From: an uncultured Acidobacteriota bacterium
GTDB lineage: Bacteria; Acidobacteriota; Terriglobia; Acidiferrales; UBA7541
Assembly (NCBI GenBank): GCA_963708285.1
Contig: CAVPSF010000001.1
Location: forward strand, 99,479 to 163,478
Direction: 5' to 3'
Length of the DNA stretch: 64,000 bases
This document shows positions 42,965 to 51,984 of this stretch, one piece after another. The number at the start of each line of letters is the position of its first letter. Position 1 is the stretch's first letter. The position numbers and the translations under genes were made by a program. The notes under the pieces are model-generated. The model saw only the letters and a program-made list of their open reading frames with translations, ran no database searches and had not been told where the DNA came from.

Positions 42965-43654
42965 TTAGTGAGTGTTGTAGCTATACGAAGCGCTGCGCAG
43001 CAGAGATTGCGGCAGCGCCAGAGTCGAATCCATGCGCACCAGCATTCCCGATTGCGCCGGGAGCGCCACGTCCTTGCCTTTTCTGGCGACGATGTACACG
43101 CCACCGCCGGCCAACCCGATCAGGCTGCCGCGCAACACGTTGCTGAATACCAGGCCCGCCACGGTTCCGCCGGCGGTGCCCAGCGCCACGCCGCTGATGT
43201 CGCTCTTCACGTCGCGCTTCTGCTCCACCACCACTCCTTCGACAGTTTTCAGGTCCTTCCGTTTTTTCGCCGCGTCCGCGTTGTTGTTGTAGAAGGAGAG
43301 AATGCTCATCTGCACCGGAAAAATCCTGCTTTCCACCTCGATCGAACGAAAGACCAGGTTCATCGAAGCTCCCCCGCGAAACATGGAGAACAGCTTGGGG
43401 CGCGTCACATCGGTGACTTCGCCGTGCACTCGCGCTCCGGCGGGAAGCACCATTTGCGTCCCGATGAATACCGGTTCGGCAACGATGGCCGTGAAGGGGT
43501 CTCCATCGTGAGCCACGGCGGTATCGAGCCCGTTCACCAGCGTCAAGCGAACCTGCGTGCCGGGCATGATCTGGCTCGATTGGGCGCGGACTGCTGGAGT
43601 CGCCAGCAACGAAACCAATAAGGTTGCAAAGAGTGTAGCCAACAATCGTTTCAT
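42965..43654 (-). CDS. Secreted hypothetical protein with C-terminal glycine-zipper segment
   Basis: The signal peptide is MKRLLATLFATLLVSLLATPAVRAQ, with AGGAGG upstream of the ATG. A Gly-rich hydrophobic segment is present: GVALGTAGGTVAGLVF…LIGLAGGGVYIV. Confidence 0.6.
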   Translation of the reverse strand: MKRLLATLFATLLVSLLATPAVRAQSSQIMPGTQVRLTLVNGLDTAVAHDGDPFTAIVAEPVFIGTQMVLPAGARVHGEVTDVTRPKLFSMFRGGASMNLVFRSIEVESRIFPVQMSILSFYNNNADAAKKRKDLKTVEGVVVEQKRDVKSDISGVALGTAGGTVAGLVFSNVLRGSLIGLAGGGVYIVARKGKDVALPAQSGMLVRMDSTLALPQSLLRSASYSYNTH

Positions 43655-44027
43655 GGATCCTCCTGGATCAGAATATCGCCGGCCAAATCCGTGCGGGCAG
43701 GGTGGGGGATCCGCCAAGGATTTCCCTGATTCCGTGCATTGCGGAGTGAGGGCTGACCCTGGACGTAGCCGGGTCGTCCCCGTTTCGTGGGGTTACCGCT
43801 GGCGCGGCGGTGCGGATGCGGGAGGAGCACCCGTTGACCAAGATACTCCACGCCGAAAACAGAGGGGCCAATATTCGGGTGGGGAGTTCCTAAGCGGCAT
43901 CCCTGATCTCGCGGTGCACGGCAAAAATTCGCCAGGCGCAGGTGTTCCGAACTGGAGCATGACGCTTTGTGTACGCGCAAAGCATTTCACGAATTGCTGT
44001 GCGCCATCGCGATGTTAGATTCCCGAG

Positions 44028-44345
44028 ATGCAAACCCGCATCCAATTACTTGCCAAAGGCGCAATCCTTACGCTGCTGCCGATTTTGCTGGTCTTTCCGG
44101 TGCGCAGTTTTTCGCACTTCCAGGGCGGAGTGCTCACTCATGGGTGGATCATCGCTTTTTATGCCCCTCTGGCCATGTGGATGGAGATGGAGGCGCTGAA
44201 TTCGTTGTTGCATGCCTACCGGCCGGCCTTCGACCGGGTGACGCTCGCGGCTCTGCCCCTGGGAGTTTTATCCTTGCTCGGCTTCAGCCTCGGCGGACTT
44301 CTTTTTCTCATTGCCCTGCCGCAATTTCTGCATCACATCATCTAA
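44028..44345 (+). CDS. Small integral membrane protein (hypothetical)
   Basis: 105-aa ORF with three hydrophobic segments. No recognisable motif. Confidence 0.45.
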   Translation: MQTRIQLLAKGAILTLLPILLVFPVRSFSHFQGGVLTHGWIIAFYAPLAMWMEMEALNSLLHAYRPAFDRVTLAALPLGVLSLLGFSLGGLLFLIALPQFLHHII

Positions 44346-44528
44346 TTAATTCCGCAAATTCGCGCGGGCTTCAGGAATATTGCGAAAGGATTGCGTAGGC
44401 TCGAGGGGTTCGATGAATATCCCGCGCCACGCGCCGCGTCCCGCGCCTTTCGCGAGCTAGGGCGCTGTGCTAGACTTCGCGAAGCAGTCACGCCGCATAA
44501 AATTTTGCGGAGAAGACTGCCGATGGGT

Positions 44529-44632
<104 letters not shown>

Positions 44633-44666
44633 TCTAATCGCGGCCTGGACCCGAAAAATCCTGCCC

Positions 44667-46415
44667 ATGAGCTACCAAGTCATCGCTCGCAAGTGCCGGC
44701 CGGCAACCTTTCGCGAAGTTGTGGGCCAAGAGCATGTAACGCGCACCCTCGCCAACGCCATTCAATCGAACCGCGTGGCGCATGCCTATATTTTTTCGGG
44801 AGTGCGCGGCGTGGGCAAGACCACCACGGCGCGCATTCTGGCTAAGGCGCTCAATTGCGAGAAGGGGCCGACCGCCGATCCGGGCAATGCCTGCGATTCC
44901 TGCCGGGAGATTGCCGCCGGAACTTCGCTCGACGTGATGGAGATTGACGCGGCCTCGAATCGCGGCATCGATCAGATTCGCGAATTGCGCGAGATGGTGC
45001 GTTATGCTCCGGCCGCGAGCCGCTACAAAGTGGTGATCCTCGACGAAGCGCACCAGCTGACCGATGAAGCCTCGAACGCCCTGCTGAAAACGCTCGAAGA
45101 GCCTCCGGAAGGCGTGATTTTCATCCTGGCCACCACGCGCCCCGAAGAGCTTGTGGAAACCATCAAGTCGCGCGCGCAGCTTTTCCAATTTCGCGCGCTG
45201 GCGTTCAAGGAAATCGCCGGAGAAATCGAACGCATCGCCAAAGCCGAACATCTGAAAATCGAGCCGGGCGCCGTGGCCGTGCTGGCGCGCGCCGCGGAAG
45301 GCAGCCTGCGCGACGGCCTTTCGCTTCTGGAGCAGGCCATATCCTACGGCGGCGAGGAAATCACGGACTTGCAGGTGCGCGAACTCCTGGGCGTGGTGGC
45401 GGAGAGCGTCCTGGACGAACTGGTGGAAGCCATCGAAGCGCAATCGGCGGAGCGCGCGCTGGGTCTGGTGCACCGGCTGATTGCCGACGGGCAGAATTTG
45501 CAACATTTCTGCCGCGAAGCGATCCGGCATTTTCGCAATCTGCTGGTGGTGCGCGTCTGCGGCGCCGATTCCGACCTGGTGGCCGCGCCGGAAGAGGAAC
45601 GCCCGCGTCTGGCGGCGCAGGCCGCGAAATTCGGCGAAGAGGATTTGACGCGCTTTTTCAAGATTTTGCTCGATACCGACGATGATTTGCGGCGCAAGCC
45701 GGACCCGCGGCTGCATCTCGAATTGGGCTTGCTGAAACTGGTGAACGCGCAGCGGCTGGCGCCGCTCGAGGAATTGCTCGCGGATTTGGGAGGCTCGCAG
45801 CGCCCTTCCCGGCCCGCAAGCGGAGGAAATGTGCGGGCGGCTTCCGCGCAACCTTCGCCGGGAGCTTCTCCGGCTGGACATCCCACTTCATTCGCTGCTT
45901 CCCCCGCCGGCGCGGCAGTGCGCATGGCTCCCTCCGCGCAATCGGCCGATCCCCCGCCACCATCCGCCGGCGCGAAATCGCCACACGCGGAAGCGCCCGG
46001 GGCAGGATTTACCGCGACGGCGCCTGCGCCGGAAAATTCCACGGGCAATTCAAAAGACGCACAAGTGGCGGCGATCAAGACGGCCTTGCAAGCGCACAAA
46101 TTTTTATGGTCCATGGTGGAGTCCGCCAGCCGCTGGGAAATCGAAAGCGGCGAACTTCGCCTGTTTTTTCCGGAGGAAAGCCGGGTGCTGGCGGAAATGT
46201 TCGAGGCCCGCGACGCGATGGAACGATTGCGCACAGTGCTGAAGCAAGTGGTAGGCCAGCCGCTGCGCGTCTGTGTTAAACTGGAGCCGGGTCGTGCAGC
46301 GGAGAGCCGTGGTTCCGAGCTGCAGACGAAATTTGAAAAAGATCCGATCGTGCGCGCAATGCTTGAGCGGTTTGGCGGACAGATTTCCAAAGTCAAACAC
46401 GCCGGCGAGGAATAA
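44667..46415 (+). CDS. dnaX: DNA polymerase III subunit gamma/tau
   Basis: MSYQVIARKCRPATFREVVGQEHV…, Walker A GVRGVGKTT, the zinc module CEKGPTADPGNACDSC and DEAHQL are present. The ORF-track start at 44607 would overlap the SRP RNA, so ATG 44667 is preferred. Confidence 0.95.
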   Translation: MSYQVIARKCRPATFREVVGQEHVTRTLANAIQSNRVAHAYIFSGVRGVGKTTTARILAKALNCEKGPTADPGNACDSCREIAAGTSLDVMEIDAASNRGIDQIRELREMVRYAPAASRYKVVILDEAHQLTDEASNALLKTLEEPPEGVIFILATTRPEELVETIKSRAQLFQFRALAFKEIAGEIERIAKAEHLKIEPGAVAVLARAAEGSLRDGLSLLEQAISYGGEEITDLQVRELLGVVAESVLDELVEAIEAQSAERALGLVHRLIADGQNLQHFCREAIRHFRNLLVVRVCGADSDLVAAPEEERPRLAAQAAKFGEEDLTRFFKILLDTDDDLRRKPDPRLHLELGLLKLVNAQRLAPLEELLADLGGSQRPSRPASGGNVRAASAQPSPGASPAGHPTSFAASPAGAAVRMAPSAQSADPPPPSAGAKSPHAEAPGAGFTATAPAPENSTGNSKDAQVAAIKTALQAHKFLWSMVESASRWEIESGELRLFFPEESRVLAEMFEARDAMERLRTVLKQVVGQPLRVCVKLEPGRAAESRGSELQTKFEKDPIVRAMLERFGGQISKVKHAGEE

Positions 46416-46418
46416 GCC

Positions 46419-46745
46419 ATGGAAGTGAAAGCTCTGCAACAGATGCTGTCGCAGTTCCGGCAGGCCCAGGAACGGCTGGAGAAGCAGGTCGACGAGATCG
46501 GCGTCGAAGCGTCGGCCGGCGGCGGCATGGTCACCGTGAAGATGAACGGGCAGAAGCAGCTCACCGAAGTGCGCATCGAACCGGAAGTTTTCAAGAGCAA
46601 AGATCAGGAAATGCTTCAGGAATTGCTGATGGCCGCGGTCAACGCCGCCACGCGCAGCGTGGACGAAGAGCTTTCGAAACAAGTGAAGGACCTTACCGGC
46701 GGCCTGCCGGGCATTGCCGGGCTGAAAATTCCCGGCTTATTTTAA
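46419..46745 (+). CDS. ybaB: Nucleoid-associated protein YbaB/EbfC
   Basis: 108-aa ORF. …EASAGGGMVTVKMNGQKQLTEVRIEPEV… is typical, and so is the position between dnaX and recR. Confidence 0.9.
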   Translation: MEVKALQQMLSQFRQAQERLEKQVDEIGVEASAGGGMVTVKMNGQKQLTEVRIEPEVFKSKDQEMLQELLMAAVNAATRSVDEELSKQVKDLTGGLPGIAGLKIPGLF

Positions 46746-46844
46746 ACGGCGCGGCTGGCGTTTCCGTCCAAGGCGCGCGCCGCGCGAATTCCACTTAGCG
46801 GGTTGCCTTCACCCTTCTGACATTCTCTCTACGGACAGGATTGC

Positions 46845-47444
46845 ATGCCTGATTTTGCCCCATCGGTGACACGATTGATTGATGAGCTGAAGCACCTGCC
46901 GGGCATCGGGCAGAAAACCGCGCAGCGCCTCGCATTTCATTTGCTGCGCGTGGACCTGGACCAGGCGCTGGCTCTTTCCGACGCCATTCGCGAAGCAAAA
47001 GAAAAAGTCCGTGAGTGCTCCATCTGCAACAACATCACCGATGCCGACCCATGCTTGTTTTGCACCGGCGCCACACGCAGCAAATCCACCATTTGCGTGG
47101 TGGAGGAAGCCACCAACATTCAGGCCGTGGAAAAAACGCGCCACTTCAGCGGGCTGTACCATGTTCTGGGCGGCGCGCTTTCTCCTCTGCAGGGCGTCGG
47201 TCCCGATCAACTGAAAATCAAAAGCCTGATCGAGCGATTGAAGGGCGGCACGGTGGAAGAAATCATCATTGCCACCAATCCCACGGCGGAAGGCGAAGCC
47301 ACCGCCGTATATCTATCGAAATTGATCAAGCCGCTGGGAGTGCGCGTGACGCGCATCGCCATGGGCATTCCGGTGGGCTCGGACCTCGAATATGCGGACG
47401 AAGTGACCATGCTCAAAGCCATGGAAGGCCGCCGCGACATCTAG
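46845..47444 (+). CDS. recR: Recombination protein RecR
   Basis: The HhH motif [17 protein letters not shown], the Cys4 zinc finger [16 protein letters not shown] and a Toprim domain are present. Confidence 0.95.
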   Translation: MPDFAPSVTRLIDELKHLPGIGQKTAQRLAFHLLRVDLDQALALSDAIREAKEKVRECSICNNITDADPCLFCTGATRSKSTICVVEEATNIQAVEKTRHFSGLYHVLGGALSPLQGVGPDQLKIKSLIERLKGGTVEEIIIATNPTAEGEATAVYLSKLIKPLGVRVTRIAMGIPVGSDLEYADEVTMLKAMEGRRDI

Positions 47445-47628
47445 CGGTGGAGCTGCCTCGGTTCATTTGCTCGCCTGAGACCCCGTTGTCCGCTGCCAAA
47501 CGCATCGTTCCGGGAATGGCACTTGCCCTTCCGCTGACCCAAGTTACCCTTTCGTACCAGTCCCCAAGGTCCAGAGACGCCGGACATTTGCAAGTGCTAC
47601 CCTTGGAAATCGCCCCTCGGAGGGCATT

Positions 47629-50518
47629 TTGAACGAATCTCTGCTTTCGAGCGATCCCGGAACACAGAAGCGCCGGAGCACGCGAATCGTGCAGGCCGTG
47701 CCGCTGACGGTGACGGGTGTGGACGCGCTCGGCCAGTCGTTTAAGGAACGAACGACCACCACGATGGTCAACTGCCACGGGTGCAAATACCAGTCGAAGC
47801 ATTACGTTCCCAAGAATTCGATTATCACGCTCGAAATTCCCCGCCCCGAACCCGCCTTCCCGCCCCGGATTGTTCTGGGACGCGTGGTATGGGTGCAGCG
47901 CCCGCGCACGGTGCGGGAACTTTTCCAGATTGGGCTCGAATTTGAAGTTCCCGGAAACGTTTGGGGGATCGCGTTCCCTCCCGAAGATTGGTTTCCTCCG
48001 CCGAACGAACCGGCCGCGGTACAGCCAGCGCCTGCGGAAGCCGCAGCGACCAGCGAACCAAAGTTGTCAATCGCTCCAGCCGCCGCCGAGGAAGCTTCTA
48101 TCGAGCTTTCCGAAATCCTCTCGGAACAATTGTCGGAACAGACGGCCGAAGCGCCACCCGCGGCATCCCGTTCCTCCCGCGATTCGCAAGGCGGATGCGC
48201 CTCCGGCTGCCGTCACCATTCCCACGTTCTCGATTCCTGCGCCGCCTCCGATGACTCCCGCTGGGAAGCCGCGCGCCGCCGCGCCCGCAGCTCAACCGCC
48301 GAGCGAAGCGAAAATTCCCGCTGCGCGACCGGCTGAGGTTCCCGCGGACCCTCAGGCTGTGGCGCGTCAAATGGCGCAGATGGTGGCCGAGGCGAAAACG
48401 TCGCTCGACAAATCATTGCGGCGCGGAGCCGAACAAGCCATCACCGAAGAAATGACTGTGGTGCGCCAGCAACTGGATGTGCAGCTCCACGAAGCGGTGG
48501 AAAAAGCCATCAAGGTCTCGATGGAGCGCGTTTCGGAATCCGCGGTGAAGAAAGTGGTGCAGCAGGCCGCCGACCGCACTGCATCCATTGTCGAAGAAGC
48601 GCGCAAAGCCAGCGAAGTCACCACCGAGCAACTGGACCTTCGCGTGCGCCGCGCCGTGGAAGAAGCGGTCACCCACGCCGCGGAGCAGGCGGCGCAGCAA
48701 GCGGCGCAGCAGACCGCCGCGCAAAATTTGAGCCAGGCCGTGGAAGAAGCAGTCGAGCGGGCGATTTCCGGGCGCGAGGCTTCCACACCATCACTCGAAA
48801 TACTTTCCTCCCCAGAAGCCGCGCAGAATCATCTGAACGCCTGGCGCAAAAACCTTGAGGAATCGGCGCACGAAGTGCGCAGCCGGACCATCGAGCAGAC
48901 CCAGGCGGACGCACAGGCCGCGCAGCAGCGTTGGCAGGACGAATTTCAGGCGGCGCTATCCGGCGCTTCTCAATCTCTGGTGGAAAAACTGCGCGAAGCT
49001 TCGCAGGAATCGCTTTCACAGGCCGAGGTGGAAATTGCCTCGCGCCGTTCCGGCATCCGTTCTTCACTCGATGAAGCCATTGCCGAGGCCAAGCAGACCA
49101 TCGAATCGCTGGGGTCGGGCCTGTCGAAAGAACGCGCCAGCGCCGAAAACCTCAAATCGCAATTGCGCGATGAGGTGAATTCTTCCGTCGAGCACGCGCG
49201 CCATCGCATGGCCGAAATCGCCGACTCGGAATACCACGAGATCGGGCGCAAAGCGGACCAGATTATCGAAGATCGCGCGCAACAACTGGCTCCCCGGCTC
49301 GAAGCTTCCGCGCGCGCCGCGGCCGAAAAAGTCACCGCCGAAATCGATCAGAAGCTGGCTCCCAAACTGGATGAGGTGCAGAAGGCCGTCGCGGAACTCG
49401 CGCGGACGGGGCAGCAATCCTCCCAATTGCAGGATAACATTCGCGCGCAGATGCAACAGGCTTCCGATCAGGTGGCGCAACTCGAGGCGGAAGTGCGCGC
49501 CCAGGCGCAGCGAGCCGCGGAGCATGCGACGAACCTGCAGGATGCGGTGCGCGAACAGGTGCAGCAGATTTCCCAGCAAGCCATCGTCGAATCGCTGGGG
49601 CTGTTGAAGCAGGAAACGGCCAAAATCCCCGCGGAGGTGGAAGAATCGTGCCGCGCGGTGGTTGCCAAAGCCGAGGAAGAGCTGCAGCAAAGGACCACCG
49701 AAGCGCAGCATGAAACTTACGAAGCGTTGCTGAAGGCCGCGGATTGGTATCAGAAAAAAGCGCAGACCACCATGCAGACTTCGCTTGAACGCGCTGTGGA
49801 GCAATCGACCACCACGCTGCGGGACCGCGCCGCGGAAATCTCAAGCATGGTGGCTTCCGAACTCGACCATTACCGCCGAACGTACGTGGAACACAGCGCG
49901 GCGCAAATCGAGGATGCCGCCAAAGAAGTGGTGGTGCGCGAACGCGAGAAATTGACGGAGACGGCGGAAACGGCCGCGGCCGGCTTTACCGACCGCGTCG
50001 AGCGGGTCACCGGCGATTCGCTGCGGCGGTTCGAGGATGTTTCGCGGACGGCGCTCGAAAAAGCGCGTTCGGACATGGAATACGACCGCGAAGGCTCCTT
50101 AGCCGAATTTCAGAAGAAACTCGAAGAACGCGTGATGGAAAGCGCCAACCAGGCGCGCGTGCACCTGCAATCGCAGTTGATTCCGCTGATGGAAGCATGG
50201 GAAGAGCGGCGCGAATCGCAGCAGCGCGCGTGGCTCGAACAACTGAAAAAATCCACGGATGAATCCATCGAACAATACAAGGGCCGGCTTGAAAACGCCT
50301 CGAATTCCTGGCTGCTGGCTTCCGCCACCACCCTCGGCCAGCATTCCCAGGCGGTGCTCGATACCTTGGCCAAATCAGCGGAAAAGCGCATGCGCGAGAC
50401 GGTTTCCGGCGTCCTGGCGGGCATGGGCGATACGCTCAAGGACCGCCTCCTCGGAATTTCCTCGGACCTCGATACGGAAGACGACCCCGGCCCGGTTCCT
50501 CCGAAAACCAAGAAGTAG
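47629..50518 (+). pseudogene. PilZ-like N-terminal domain fused to P/A-rich linker and about 700-aa A/E/Q-rich coiled-coil region; frame broken by one extra nucleotide near 48160-48180
   Basis: The TTG start has GGAGGG upstream. The N-terminus KRRSTRIVQAVPLTVTGVDALGQSFKERTTT… carries an RxxxR PilZ-type motif. The first frame degenerates after …SEQTAEAPPAA. The +1 frame (ORF 47717-50518) is meaningful from about …PVPPAIRKADAPPAAV… to its end. Confidence 0.7.
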
Positions 50519-50566
50519 CCTCCACGAGCCGCCTTACTTTCAACATTTCTCCCCTTCGCGATTTCA

Positions 50567-51274
50567 GTGAATCGCTCCCTGCCCGGTATAATGGACTCCA
50601 TGTCCAACCGGGCTTACCTGGGAGTTTGGTGCAAGGAATTTCCCGATGAAAGCATGCTGGAACGTTTCGGCAAAATTCTGGGGACGGTCCCTTTTTCAGC
50701 AAGCCGGCCGGGATTTACGCACCTGACCATCCGCGCCGTGGACCTGGCCGAGCAGCCCATTCTCGAGCAGGATTTGCGGGCCTTTCCGCTGGACGCGAAC
50801 GGCATTTTGGAAATTGCGCAGAATCATTTGAACAGCGATTGCTCCTACGAAGTCGCGGCATACTGGGATTTGTGGACGTTCGACAGCCAAACGGCGAAAT
50901 CGCAACTCGATCCCCAGGCGCTTGAGATTATCTGCCAGGGCGCCGATTTCCATGACGGCGCGTGGCGCGAAAGCGGCCACTTCGAAGTGGACTTCGGGTT
51001 CGAGCATTTTTTCACCGGGCACGCGGGACTTTTGGGGTTTCGCGGGGCGAAGAAAATTCCCCCGGAAAGCGCGGAGGAGGAGCGGTTCCTGACGGCCATG
51101 GCATGGCCCGAAAATTTGAATGCCTATCAGGACAAGACGCGCGAGAATATCCGCAAGGTGTTTGCATGGGTGCGCGCCATTGAGAGGGCCGTCCCGGCCG
51201 CGCAGATTAAATTGTGGTCCGAGGGGGAAGAAAATTTTGAAGCGCGGCTCGAAGAAATTCTGGCGTCCCATTAG
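50567..51274 (+). CDS. Hypothetical cytoplasmic protein (no recognisable domain)
   Basis: 235-aa ORF with coding-like composition. Alternative starts lie at 50594 and 50603 (MSNRAYLGVW…). Confidence 0.55.
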   Translation: MNRSLPGIMDSMSNRAYLGVWCKEFPDESMLERFGKILGTVPFSASRPGFTHLTIRAVDLAEQPILEQDLRAFPLDANGILEIAQNHLNSDCSYEVAAYWDLWTFDSQTAKSQLDPQALEIICQGADFHDGAWRESGHFEVDFGFEHFFTGHAGLLGFRGAKKIPPESAEEERFLTAMAWPENLNAYQDKTRENIRKVFAWVRAIERAVPAAQIKLWSEGEENFEARLEEILASH

Positions 51275-51390
51275 CCGGCCGATGATCTACGCGCCCCAGG
51301 CTTTTTCCCGTGAATCCGTGCGTGCCTCGGGCGAATCCAATTCGCTTGCGTGCTGGCAATCTCGGTCCTCGGGCGCGGGTAAGAAAAATT

Positions 51391-51984
51391 ATGAGGCTGG
51401 CAACCGCCTGCGCCATTGTCCTGGGTCTGACCCTGGCGGCGTGCTCCGGGCCTTCACCGAAGCCTCAGGAGAGCACGGCGGAATCCCAGCCCGCGACTCC
51501 CGCGGTTCCCCCGGAGATGCAGAGCGCCGCGGAATCTTCGCTCGGAGGCGAGACGGAAGTGCTGGTCTTCGGCGACCTGGCGCGCAACGGGCACACAGAG
51601 GTCCTGGCCGTGAATCGCCTGAAGGTGACGCCACAAGGCGCGGTTCCCGGGACGCTGGTCACCCGCGCGGTGATCATCGAAAATGACGGCGGCACATGGA
51701 AGGAAGTATTTCGCTGCGATGAGCATTTGAAAAATACCCAGGGATATTTGGGCGGACAGCCGCTGGCACCGGTGGCCGGGTGGCGGCTGAAATACGAGCA
51801 GAGCGAGGACAAAGGACTGGAAATGTATTTCACACCCATCGCCAAGCCGCAAGGCGGGTATATTCAGCCCGTCGCCGTGCGCTGGAATCCCGCCGTGAAA
51901 CGCTACGAATCTCTGGACCGCAACTTCAAGGATTTTCTGGGCGAGGCGGCCTCGCTGGAAACTCCGCAATCGGAGCTTCGATGA
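51391..51984 (+). CDS. Hypothetical lipoprotein
   Basis: MRLATACAIVLGLTLAAC has a lipobox (LAAC). Its stop overlaps the start of the ABC exporter gene (ATGA). Confidence 0.65.
   Translation: MRLATACAIVLGLTLAACSGPSPKPQESTAESQPATPAVPPEMQSAAESSLGGETEVLVFGDLARNGHTEVLAVNRLKVTPQGAVPGTLVTRAVIIENDGGTWKEVFRCDEHLKNTQGYLGGQPLAPVAGWRLKYEQSEDKGLEMYFTPIAKPQGGYIQPVAVRWNPAVKRYESLDRNFKDFLGEAASLETPQSELR

Noticed and set aside
43919-43937. Sigma-54-like element on the minus strand (TGGCGAATTTTTGCC) upstream of the glycine-zipper gene
   Set aside because: The GG-to-GC spacing is one nucleotide short of consensus, the -24 element is TGGCGA rather than TGGCAC, and it lies about 280 nt from the start codon.
43655-44027. 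370-nt intergenic region as a possible structured ncRNA or riboswitch
   Set aside because: I could not recognise any known riboswitch core or a convincing extended helix. It is a divergent promoter region between two hypothetical genes. No claim is made beyond that.
44667-46415. Programmed ribosomal frameshift site in dnaX (gamma/tau)
   Set aside because: I found no A-AAA-AAG-type slippery heptamer or long A-run in the central part of the gene. The only short A-run (gaaaaag, about 46335) is close to the 3' end.
44634-46600. Two long minus-strand ORFs (415 and 418 aa) opposite dnaX/ybaB
   Set aside because: Both are antisense to dnaX, which carries canonical clamp-loader motifs. Their translations are Arg/Ser/Ala-rich without motifs.
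47517-47527. TGGCAC directly followed by TTGCC upstream of the PilZ-like gene
   Set aside because: The -24 and -12 elements abut each other with no 5-nt spacer. Sigma-54 promoters are strict about spacing.
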